Shown here: piece after piece, positions 26,048-32,559 of the stretch
How positions within the stretch are numbered: the first letter of the stretch is position 1
Layout of the letters: each line of letters begins with the position of its first letter
Source: Candidatus Limnocylindrales bacterium
GTDB taxonomy: Bacteria; Chloroflexota; Limnocylindria; Limnocylindrales; CSP1-4
Direction of reading: 5' to 3'
NCBI GenBank assembly: GCA_031292335.1
Contig: JARLHH010000173.1
Location: 1 to 32,559, forward strand
Length of the DNA stretch: 32,559 nucleotides
Notes under the pieces: model-generated
Told to the model about the DNA's origin: nothing
What the model saw: the letters and a program-made list of their open reading frames with translations, nothing else
Database searches by the model: none
Position numbers and translations under genes: made by a program

Positions 26048-26590
26048 CTAGCCGGCGAAGGGCATGCCGAGGAGCTCCAGAAGTTTCCGGGACTCCTCGT
26101 CGGTCTTCGCCGTCGTCACGATGCTGATCTCCAGCCCGCGGAGACGGTCGACCTTGTCGTAATCGATCTCGGGGAACGCGAGCTGCTCGCGCATCCCGAG
26201 GCTGTAGTTGCCGCGCCCGTCGAACGACTTGGCCGGGATTCCCCGGAAGTCGCGGATTCGCGGGAGCGCCAGGACGGTGAGGCGCTCCAGAAAGTCCCAC
26301 ATCCGCTCGCCGCGGAGGGTCACCTTGGCGCCGATGGTGTTGCCCGTCCGGAGACGGAACTGGGCGATGGAGCGCTTGGCCTTCGTAACGATCGGCTTCT
26401 GGCCCGTGATGAGGGCCAGGTCCCCGACCGCGGCGTCGAGCGCCTTGGCGTTGGTGAGCGCCTCGCCGAGCCCGATGTTCACCACGATCTTGTCGAGCCG
26501 GGGAACCTGCATCCGGTTCCGGTAGGCGAACTGCTTGGTGAGCGCCGGGACGACCTCGGTCGCGTAGCGCCCCTTGAGGTTGCTGCTCAC
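26048..26590 (-). CDS. rplE: 50S ribosomal protein L5
   Basis: (GTG)[39 protein letters not shown] is L5. GTG at 26590 overlaps the rplX stop (GTGA). I rejected the longer ORF-track start at 26698, which would overlap rplX in another frame. Confidence 0.93.
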   Translation of the reverse strand: MSSNLKGRYATEVVPALTKQFAYRNRMQVPRLDKIVVNIGLGEALTNAKALDAAVGDLALITGQKPIVTKAKRSIAQFRLRTGNTIGAKVTLRGERMWDFLERLTVLALPRIRDFRGIPAKSFDGRGNYSLGMREQLAFPEIDYDKVDRLRGLEISIVTTAKTDEESRKLLELLGMPFAG

Positions 26591-26988
26591 GCGCCCTTCA
26601 CCTCCACCGGCTGGCCACAGCGACTGCAGGCGCGGACGCTGGCACCGCTCTCGAGGAGGAGGTGCCGGATTCGCGTCGGCTGGTCGCAGCGGGGACACAC
26701 CAGCATCACCTTCCCGACGGCGATCGGGAGGGGCTTCTCCACGATGCCGCCCTGCTGCATCTGGGGCGTGCGGTCGTTCTGGTTCATGCGCGGGCGCGGC
26801 TTCGTGTGCCGCTTCGCGATGTTGAGCCCCTGGACCACCACGCGATACGGCGTGCCCGGCGTCAGCGGCCGGTCGACGCGCTCCACGGTCCCTCGCTTCC
26901 CGGCGTCCTTGCCGCCGAGCAGGAGGATCGTGTCACCCTTGCGGATCTCCGGGACCTTGGTCACCCGGGGTGCGACGGCGCGGGCCAT
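26587..26988 (-). CDS. rplX: 50S ribosomal protein L24 with a C-terminal CxxC...CxxC zinc-ribbon-like motif
   Basis: [21 protein letters not shown] is the KOW motif, and [10 protein letters not shown] is also present. The C-terminus reads [10 protein letters not shown]...ACSRCGQPV. Confidence 0.96.
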   Translation of the reverse strand: MARAVAPRVTKVPEIRKGDTILLLGGKDAGKRGTVERVDRPLTPGTPYRVVVQGLNIAKRHTKPRPRMNQNDRTPQMQQGGIVEKPLPIAVGKVMLVCPRCDQPTRIRHLLLESGASVRACSRCGQPVEVKGA

Positions 26989-26989
26989 C

Positions 26990-27358
26990 TCAGAGCACCT
27001 CCGGGGCGAGGGAGACGATCTTCATGTAGTTCCGGTCACGCAGCTCGCGCGCCACGGGCCCGAAGATCCGTGTCCCGCGCGGGTTGCCCTGGTTGTTGAT
27101 GAGGACGGCGGCGTTCTCGTCGAACCGGATGTAGCTGCCATCCGGCCGACCGTATTCCTTCGCGGTCCGGACCACGACGGCACGCACCACGTCGCCCTTC
27201 TTGACGGCGGCATTCGGGATCGCCTGCTTGACGCTGGCGACGATCACGTCGCCGACTTCCGCGGTGGTCGCGCGCGAGCGGCCCATGATCCGGATGCACT
27301 GGATCACGCGCGCGCCCGTGTTGTCCGCCACGCGGAGCCGGGTCTGTTGCTGGATCAC
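26990..27358 (-). CDS. rplN: 50S ribosomal protein L14
   Basis: [17 protein letters not shown]...[11 protein letters not shown]...[12 protein letters not shown] is L14. Confidence 0.98.
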   Translation of the reverse strand: MIQQQTRLRVADNTGARVIQCIRIMGRSRATTAEVGDVIVASVKQAIPNAAVKKGDVVRAVVVRTAKEYGRPDGSYIRFDENAAVLINNQGNPRGTRIFGPVARELRDRNYMKIVSLAPEVL

Positions 27359-27735
27359 GCCTCGGCTCCCTCCCCGGTCCCGGCGTGCGCCTTGCCCGGA
27401 TGTGCCGCAGCGTGGATCACCTCGGTCGTGGCCGACTCCTCGACCACGAGCTCGGAGGGCTGATCCTCGCCCGCGCGAGAGAGGACTTCGACGAGCTGCC
27501 AGCGCTTGGTGCGCGACAGCGGCCGCGACTCCTCGATGCGGACGGTGTCACCGACGCGCGCCGAGTTGAGCTCGTCGTGCGCCGCGAACTTGCTGGAGGC
27601 CCGAACCACCCGCTTGTAGAGCGGGTGACGCGTCAGGCGCTCGACGGAGACGACGATCGTCTTGTCCATCTTGTCGCTGACGACGCGCCCGACCTTCGTC
27701 TTCCGATTGCCCTGCACGTGTGTTGCTCCTGCCAT
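27355..27735 (-). CDS. rpsQ: 30S ribosomal protein S17 with a ~40-aa C-terminal extension
   Basis: [40 protein letters not shown]...[18 protein letters not shown] is S17. I prefer ATG at 27735 (AGGGGG 8 nt upstream) over the GTG at 27753, which overlaps rpmC. The stop overlaps the rplN start by 4 nt. Confidence 0.93.
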   Translation of the reverse strand: MAGATHVQGNRKTKVGRVVSDKMDKTIVVSVERLTRHPLYKRVVRASSKFAAHDELNSARVGDTVRIEESRPLSRTKRWQLVEVLSRAGEDQPSELVVEESATTEVIHAAAHPGKAHAGTGEGAEA

Positions 27736-27745
27736 GCCGGACCCC

Positions 27746-27952
27746 CTACGCACTCTTGTCCGCGAGCTCGCGCTCGTGGCGGACGGTGAGGATCCGGGCG
27801 ATGGTCCGGCGGGTGCCGGAGATCGCCGTGTAGTCCTTCAGCTGGCGCGTGGCGAGCTCGAAGCGAGCCTGCCACAGGTCGCGCTTGGCGTCCGTGAGCG
27901 CCTGGTCCAGCTCCGCGTCCGTCAGGGCGCGCACCTTGTCGATGTCGATCAC
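27746..27952 (-). CDS. rpmC: 50S ribosomal protein L29
   Basis: 68 aa. [29 protein letters not shown] is L29. GTG at 27952 overlaps the rplP stop (GTGA). Confidence 0.95.
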   Translation of the reverse strand: MIDIDKVRALTDAELDQALTDAKRDLWQARFELATRQLKDYTAISGTRRTIARILTVRHERELADKSA

Positions 27953-28368
27953 GCGCTCTCCTCCTCCTTGACGATGAAGCGCGTGGCGACCGGGAGCTTG
28001 TGGCTCGCGAGGCGCATCGCCTCGACCGCCTGCTCGCGATCGACTCCGGCCATCTCGAAAAGGATCCGGCCGGGCCGCACGACGGCCACCCAGTGGTCGG
28101 GGGCGCCCTTGCCGGAGCCCATCCGGGTCTCGGCCGGCTTCTTCGTGGCCGGCTTGTCCGGGAAGATCCGGATCCAGATCTTGCCGCCGCGCTTGACCGA
28201 GCGGGTCATGGCGCGCCGGGCAGCCTCGATCTGGCGGCTGGTGATCCAGGCGGGCTCCAGGGTGATAAGGCCGAACTCCCCGAAGGAGACGACCGTGCCG
28301 CCCTTGGACATCCCGGCCATCCGGCCGCGCATGACCTTGCGATGTTTGACACGACGGGGCATCAGCAT
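27949..28368 (-). CDS. rplP: 50S ribosomal protein L16
   Basis: [19 protein letters not shown]...[26 protein letters not shown] is L16. Confidence 0.98.
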   Translation of the reverse strand: MLMPRRVKHRKVMRGRMAGMSKGGTVVSFGEFGLITLEPAWITSRQIEAARRAMTRSVKRGGKIWIRIFPDKPATKKPAETRMGSGKGAPDHWVAVVRPGRILFEMAGVDREQAVEAMRLASHKLPVATRFIVKEEESA

Positions 28369-28372
28369 GGCG

Positions 28373-29062
28373 TCACGCCCCCTGGGCCACGGCGGGCGCG
28401 GCAGCCTGGGCGGCCACCGGCCGGGTGACCCGCTGGTCGGGAACGTCGCCCCGGTAGATCCAGACCTTGACGCCGATCGTGCCGTAGGTCGTCCGCGACA
28501 GTACGTAGCCGTAGCTGATGTCCGCGCGGAGCGTGCCCAGCGGGATCCGGCCTTCGCGATCCCACTCGCGGCGCGCCATCTCCGAGCCGCCCAGGCGGCC
28601 GGCGACGGCGATCTTCACGCCCTTCGCGCCCGCCTTCATGGTGCGCTGGATCGCCTGCTTCATCGCCTTCCGGAAGGCGATCCGGCGGCTCAGCTGCTGG
28701 GCCACGTTGGCGGCCACGAGGTAGGCGTCGAGCTCCGGCTGGCGGATCTCCTTGATCTCCAGCTTCACCTTGCGGGGCTTGGTGAGGTCGCCGATCTGCT
28801 TGCGCAGGATCTCGACGTTCGCGCCGCCCTTGCCGATGACGATACCCGGCTTGGCGGTGTGGATCGTGACCGTCACGTAGTTGATCCCGCGCTCGATCTC
28901 GACGCCGCCGACGCTCGCGTTGGCCAGGCGCCGCTCGATGAGCGTGCGCATCGCCAGGTCTTCCTGGAGCAGTGTCGCGTACTCCTTGTCGGCATACCAC
29001 TTTGCCGACCAGGTGCGGCTGACTCCCAGGCGGAAGCCATACGGGTGGACCTTGTGTCCCAT
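28373..29062 (-). CDS. rpsC: 30S ribosomal protein S3
   Basis: [24 protein letters not shown]...[12 protein letters not shown]...[13 protein letters not shown] is S3. Confidence 0.98.
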   Translation of the reverse strand: MGHKVHPYGFRLGVSRTWSAKWYADKEYATLLQEDLAMRTLIERRLANASVGGVEIERGINYVTVTIHTAKPGIVIGKGGANVEILRKQIGDLTKPRKVKLEIKEIRQPELDAYLVAANVAQQLSRRIAFRKAMKQAIQRTMKAGAKGVKIAVAGRLGGSEMARREWDREGRIPLGTLRADISYGYVLSRTTYGTIGVKVWIYRGDVPDQRVTRPVAAQAAAPAVAQGA

Positions 29063-29063
29063 G

Positions 29064-29402
29064 TCAGGCCTCCCGCGCTTCGAGGACGATGGTGATGTGG
29101 GTCATCGGCTTGTGGATGGCAAAGGCGCGACCCTGGGCACGCGGCTTCCATCGCTTCAGGGTGGGACCCTCGTTCGCGTGGGCCTCGACGATCACGAGGT
29201 CCTCGGCCGCGAGGTTGTGGTTGTTCTCGGCGTTCGCGGTCGCGCTCGCGAGGACGCGCGCGACGTCGCGGGCGGCCCCCTGCGGCATGAAGCGCAGGAT
29301 TGCGCTGGCATCCTCGACCCGCCGGCCGCGGATGGCCGACGTGACGAGGTTCGCCTTGCGGGTGGACCCGCGGAGGTACTTGGCGGTGGCAGAAACGCGC
29401 AC
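29064..29402 (-). CDS. rplV: 50S ribosomal protein L22
   Basis: GTG start. [23 protein letters not shown]...NAENNHNL...[15 protein letters not shown] is L22. Confidence 0.96.
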   Translation of the reverse strand: MRVSATAKYLRGSTRKANLVTSAIRGRRVEDASAILRFMPQGAARDVARVLASATANAENNHNLAAEDLVIVEAHANEGPTLKRWKPRAQGRAFAIHKPMTHITIVLEAREA

Positions 29403-29413
29403 GATCTGATCCC

Positions 29414-29698
29414 CTACCGCACGGCCGTGGAACGGTCGGTCTTCTTGTCATGCCCGCGGAACGTGCGGGTCGGGGCGAACTCGCCCAACCGGTGACCGAC
29501 CATGTTCTCGGTGACATAGACGGGCACGTGCTTGCGGCCGTTGTAGACCGCGATCGTGTGCCCGATGAAGTCCGGGAAGACGACCGAGGCGCGCGACCAC
29601 GTGCGCACGATCTTCCGCTCGTTTTTCTTGTTCATCTCCTGGACGCGGCCGAGGAGCCGCGCCTCGACGAACGGTCCTTTCTTGACCGAACGCGACAT
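29414..29698 (-). CDS. rpsS: 30S ribosomal protein S19
   Basis: [12 protein letters not shown]...[38 protein letters not shown] is S19. Confidence 0.98.
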   Translation of the reverse strand: MSRSVKKGPFVEARLLGRVQEMNKKNERKIVRTWSRASVVFPDFIGHTIAVYNGRKHVPVYVTENMVGHRLGEFAPTRTFRGHDKKTDRSTAVR

Positions 29699-29711
29699 GC
29701 TTCGTCTCCTC

Positions 29712-30542
29712 CTACGACTTGCGGTGCCGCGACCGGACGATCAGGCGATCCGCCTTCGTCCCGCGCCGCGTCCGGTACCCCATCGCCGGCTTCCCCCACG
29801 GCGTCTTGGGGGGCATACCCGTGGGGGACTTGCCCTCGCCGCCGCCGTGCGGATGGTCACGTGGGGTCATCGCGACGCCCCGGGTCTCCGGTCGAAGGCC
29901 CATGTGGCGGGCCCGGCCGGCCTTCCCGAGGCTCTGGTTCTCGTGGTCCAGGTTGGAAACCTGCCCGATCGTCGCCACGCAGCGCAGCGGCACGCGACGC
30001 ATCTCGCCGGACGGCAGCCGAACGGTGGCGTAGTCGCCTTCCTTGGCCAGCAGCTGGGCCGCGCCCCCCGCCGACCGGACGATCTGGCCGCCCTTGCCCG
30101 GGATGAGCTCGATGTTGTGGATCGTGGTGCCCAGCGGGATGCTGGAGAGCGGCAGGGCGTTCCCGACCCGGGCCTCGGCATCGGGGCCGGCGACCACGAC
30201 GTCGCCCACCTTCAGGCCGTGGGGAAGGAGCATGTAGCGCTTCTCGCCGTCACGGTAGTGAAGGAGGCCGATCCGGGCCGAGCGGTTCGGGTCGTACTCG
30301 ACCGTCGCGACCTTGGCCGGCACGCCGACCTTGTCGCGCCGGAAGTCGATGATGCGGTAGTGCTGCTTCTCGCCGCCGCCGCGGTGGCGAACGGTCAGGC
30401 GGCCCTGGTTGTTCCGGCCCGAGCCGCGCTTCTTCGGCTCGAGGAGCGGCTTGTAGGGCTCCTTGGTGGTGATCTCCTCGAACGTCGAGCGGGTCATGAA
30501 CCGCCGGCCGGCCGAGGTGGGCTTGTAGCTTCGCAGCGGCAT
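29712..30542 (-). CDS. rplB: 50S ribosomal protein L2
   Basis: [15 protein letters not shown]...[22 protein letters not shown]...HPHGGGEG is L2. ATG at 30542 lies 2 nt after the rplW stop. I rejected the ORF-track start at 30620, which is inside rplW. Confidence 0.96.
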   Translation of the reverse strand: MPLRSYKPTSAGRRFMTRSTFEEITTKEPYKPLLEPKKRGSGRNNQGRLTVRHRGGGEKQHYRIIDFRRDKVGVPAKVATVEYDPNRSARIGLLHYRDGEKRYMLLPHGLKVGDVVVAGPDAEARVGNALPLSSIPLGTTIHNIELIPGKGGQIVRSAGGAAQLLAKEGDYATVRLPSGEMRRVPLRCVATIGQVSNLDHENQSLGKAGRARHMGLRPETRGVAMTPRDHPHGGGEGKSPTGMPPKTPWGKPAMGYRTRRGTKADRLIVRSRHRKS

Positions 30543-30544
30543 GG

Positions 30545-30847
30545 CTACACCCCCTCGAAGAATTCGATCTTCTGGCCCGCGGCGAGCGTCACGATCGCCT
30601 TGCGCCAGGGCGTGGTCCAACCCGTGATCCGGCCGCGCTTGGTGCCGCGGCGCTTCTCCTTGGCCTTCGTCGTGAGGACGTTGACCGCCGTGACCTGGAC
30701 CTTGAAGAGCTCCTCGACGGCCGCCTTGACCTGGATCTTCGACGCGTCGCCGTGAACCTCGAACGTGTACTTGCCGTGGCCGGCAACGTCCATCGACTTC
30801 TCGCTGATGATCGGCCGGATGATCACCTCGTGGGCGGTGAGCGTCAT
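30545..30847 (-). CDS. rplW: 50S ribosomal protein L23
   Basis: 100 aa. [10 protein letters not shown]...YTFEV...[16 protein letters not shown] is L23. The start overlaps the rplD stop by 4 nt. Confidence 0.96.
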   Translation of the reverse strand: MTLTAHEVIIRPIISEKSMDVAGHGKYTFEVHGDASKIQVKAAVEELFKVQVTAVNVLTTKAKEKRRGTKRGRITGWTTPWRKAIVTLAAGQKIEFFEGV

Positions 30848-31467
30848 GCGTACACCTCCTCGAGGCGGGCGAGCGCGGGCTGCTCGATCACGATCGTGTC
30901 GGCGTTGAGCAGGTCCACGACGTTGAGCGAGTCGGCCAGCAGGACCATCACGCGGGCGAGGTTCCGGGCCGAGAGGTCGAGGCGCTCGTCGCGGGCCGGC
31001 GAGACGATCAGGACCCGGCCGGCCACCTTGAGGTTGTCCAGGACGCCCAGCAGGTCCTTGGTGCGGATCTCTTCGAGCCCGAACGCATCCAGGACCCGGA
31101 TCGCGTCGCCGCCGAGCTTGGCGGTCAGCGCGCCGCGGAGCGCGAGGCGCTTCATCTTGCGGGGCAGGCGCTGGGCATACGAGCGCGGATGGGGACCGAA
31201 GACCACGCCGCCGCCGGTGAAGTGCGGCGCACGCCGCGAACCCTGGCGGGCCCGGCCGGTGCCCTTCTGGCGATACGGCTTCTTGCCGCCACCGGCGACC
31301 TCGCCGCGGGTCTTCGTGTCGCTGGTGCCCAGCCGACGACCGGCCAGCTGCGCGGTCACGACCTGGTGCAGGACGGCGGCGTTGATCGGCGCGGCGAAGA
31401 GCTCCTCCGAGAGCTCCACGGTCCCGATCGCCTCGCCCGTCCGGGCATAGAGCGTCGTCTGCGGCAT
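30844..31467 (-). CDS. rplD: 50S ribosomal protein L4
   Basis: [34 protein letters not shown] is L4. Confidence 0.97.
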   Translation of the reverse strand: MPQTTLYARTGEAIGTVELSEELFAAPINAAVLHQVVTAQLAGRRLGTSDTKTRGEVAGGGKKPYRQKGTGRARQGSRRAPHFTGGGVVFGPHPRSYAQRLPRKMKRLALRGALTAKLGGDAIRVLDAFGLEEIRTKDLLGVLDNLKVAGRVLIVSPARDERLDLSARNLARVMVLLADSLNVVDLLNADTIVIEQPALARLEEVYA

Positions 31468-31469
31468 GG

Positions 31470-32078
31470 TCAGGCCTTCTTCACGAGGACAAGCGCGTTC
31501 GGCGCCCCCGGCACGGACCCCTTCACGAGGAGGAGGTTCCGGTCGGAGTCCACACGGACGACTTGCAGCTTCTTGACGGTGACGCGCGCGTCACCCATGT
31601 GGCCCGCCATGCGCATGCCCCGGTAGACCCGGCCGGGCGTGGTGCCCGGGCCGATGGAGCCCGGCGCGCGATGGTGATCGGAACCGTGCGTCTTCGGGCC
31701 ACGGTGGAAGTTGTTCCGCTTGATGTTGCCCGCGAACCCCTTGCCCTTGGACGTCCCCGTCACGTGGATGAGGTCGCCGACCGCGAAGAGGTTCACGTCG
31801 AGCGTCTGCCCGACGGCGTATGCGGAGACGTCCTCGAGCCGGAACTCGCGGATCACCGCGACCTTCGGGAGCTCCTTGAGCTGACCGGCCTCGGGCCTGG
31901 TCAACTTCTTGGACGGCTCGATGCCGAGCTGGACGGCGGTGTAGCCGTCCCGCTCCGGCGTCCGGAGACGCGTCACGGTGTTCGGTCCGACGGCCACGAC
32001 GCTGACCGGAATCATGGTGCCGTCGGCCTGGAAGACCTGGGTCATGCCGACCTTGCGGCCGATCACGCCAATGCTCAT
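31470..32078 (-). CDS. rplC: 50S ribosomal protein L3
   Basis: [13 protein letters not shown]...[31 protein letters not shown] is L3. Confidence 0.97.
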   Translation of the reverse strand: MSIGVIGRKVGMTQVFQADGTMIPVSVVAVGPNTVTRLRTPERDGYTAVQLGIEPSKKLTRPEAGQLKELPKVAVIREFRLEDVSAYAVGQTLDVNLFAVGDLIHVTGTSKGKGFAGNIKRNNFHRGPKTHGSDHHRAPGSIGPGTTPGRVYRGMRMAGHMGDARVTVKKLQVVRVDSDRNLLLVKGSVPGAPNALVLVKKA

Positions 32079-32112
32079 GCGAGGGCCCTCCTCGCGCGCT
32101 CAGCAGGCTTCA

Positions 32113-32421
32113 TCACATCTTGATCTCGATGTCGACGCCCGCCGCGAGCGAGAGGCGCATCAGGGCGTCGACCGTCTTGGCCGACGGGTCGAGGATGTCG
32201 ACGAGGCGCTTGTGCGTGCGGATCTCGAACTGCTCCCGGCTGTCCTTGTCGATGAACGGCGAGCGGAGCACGGTGAACTTCTCGATCCGCGTCGGGAGCG
32301 GGACCGGGCCGACGACGTCGGCGCCGGTTCGCTGGGCAGTCTCGACGATCTGGGCCGCCGACTGGTCCAGCAGGCGGTGGTCGTACGCCTTGAGGCGGAT
32401 CCGGATCCGCTGCTTCGGCAT
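32113..32421 (-). CDS. rpsJ: 30S ribosomal protein S10
   Basis: [37 protein letters not shown]...[24 protein letters not shown] is S10. Confidence 0.98.
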   Translation of the reverse strand: MPKQRIRIRLKAYDHRLLDQSAAQIVETAQRTGADVVGPVPLPTRIEKFTVLRSPFIDKDSREQFEIRTHKRLVDILDPSAKTVDALMRLSLAAGVDIEIKM

Positions 32422-32425
32422 CGGG

Positions 32426-32559
32426 CTACTCGACGATGCTCACGATCGCGCCGGCGCCGACGGTTCGGCCACCCTCGCGGATCGCGAAGCGCTGCCCGAT
32501 CTCGATCGCGATCGGGGTGATGAGCTCGACCTTCATCTCGACGTTGTCGCCGGGCATGA
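32426..32559 (-). CDS. tuf: Elongation factor Tu, C-terminal 43 aa only (5' part lies beyond the window)
   Basis: Manual reverse-strand translation gives ...[46 protein letters not shown], which is the conserved EF-Tu domain III end. The stop is at 32426-32428, 4 nt before the rpsJ ATG. Confidence 0.95.
   Translation of the reverse strand, partial: MPGDNVEMKVELITPIAIEIGQRFAIREGGRTVGAGAIVSIVE

Noticed and set aside
16371-30620. Longer ORF-track starts for rplB (30620), rplE (26698), rpsQ (27753), rpmD (24441), infA (20724), rpoA (18627), truA (17381) and rplM (16428). Outside this span the same applies to alr (7572), tsaB (2237) and rimI (2262).
   Set aside because: The extensions overlap the upstream gene in another frame. 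They translate to low-complexity Arg/Ser/Pro sequence and precede the conserved family N-termini. Shorter starts adjacent to the upstream stop codons fit far better.

Overview
This is a high-GC bacterial chromosomal segment (roughly 70-75% G+C by eye, with codon third positions almost always G/C). Every credible gene lies on the minus strand: 51 CDS, two of them cut by the window edges. I found no rRNA, tRNA, CRISPR array or mobile element.

In transcription order (high to low coordinates) the window contains:
- the 3' end of tuf;
- an essentially gapless S10-spc-alpha ribosomal protein supercluster: rpsJ-rplCDWB-rpsS-rplV-rpsC-rplP-rpmC-rpsQ-rplNXE-rpsNH-rplFR-rpsE-rpmD-rplO-secY-adk-map, then infA-rpmJ-rpsMKD-rpoA-rplQ, then truA-rplM-rpsI;
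- a TPR-like ORF;
- a c-di-AMP and cell-wall precursor module, cdaA-cdaR-glmM-glmS;
- a chain of stop/start-overlapping genes: acpS, nnrD, alr, four poorly characterised ORFs, tsaE, tsaB, rimI and tsaD (edge-truncated).

The backbone order glmS-acpS-nnr-alr-tsaEB-rimI-tsaD resembles actinobacterial synteny as I remember it. The organism itself cannot be named from this window.

The only non-ordinary stretch is the four-gene insertion between alr and tsaE (2579-6121). It encodes a macro-domain protein, a 96-aa acidic protein, a 571-aa orphan GlmL/MutL-like ASKHA-fold protein with degenerate nucleotide-binding motifs, and a 338-aa protein I cannot assign to any family. It is my best candidate for an undescribed module, but its function is unknown.

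Smaller observations:
- Zn-ribbon forms of S4, S14, L24 and L36;
- C-terminal extensions on S17, AcpS and Alr;
- TTG starts on infA and rpmJ;
- only 4 nt between tuf and rpsJ;
- a compositionally aberrant, homopolymer-rich first ~100 nt that breaks off tsaD homology and is probably a contig-end artefact or junction.

All protein identifications come from reading the supplied translations against remembered family motifs. No database search was run. The many long plus-strand ORFs are antisense artefacts of the high GC content.
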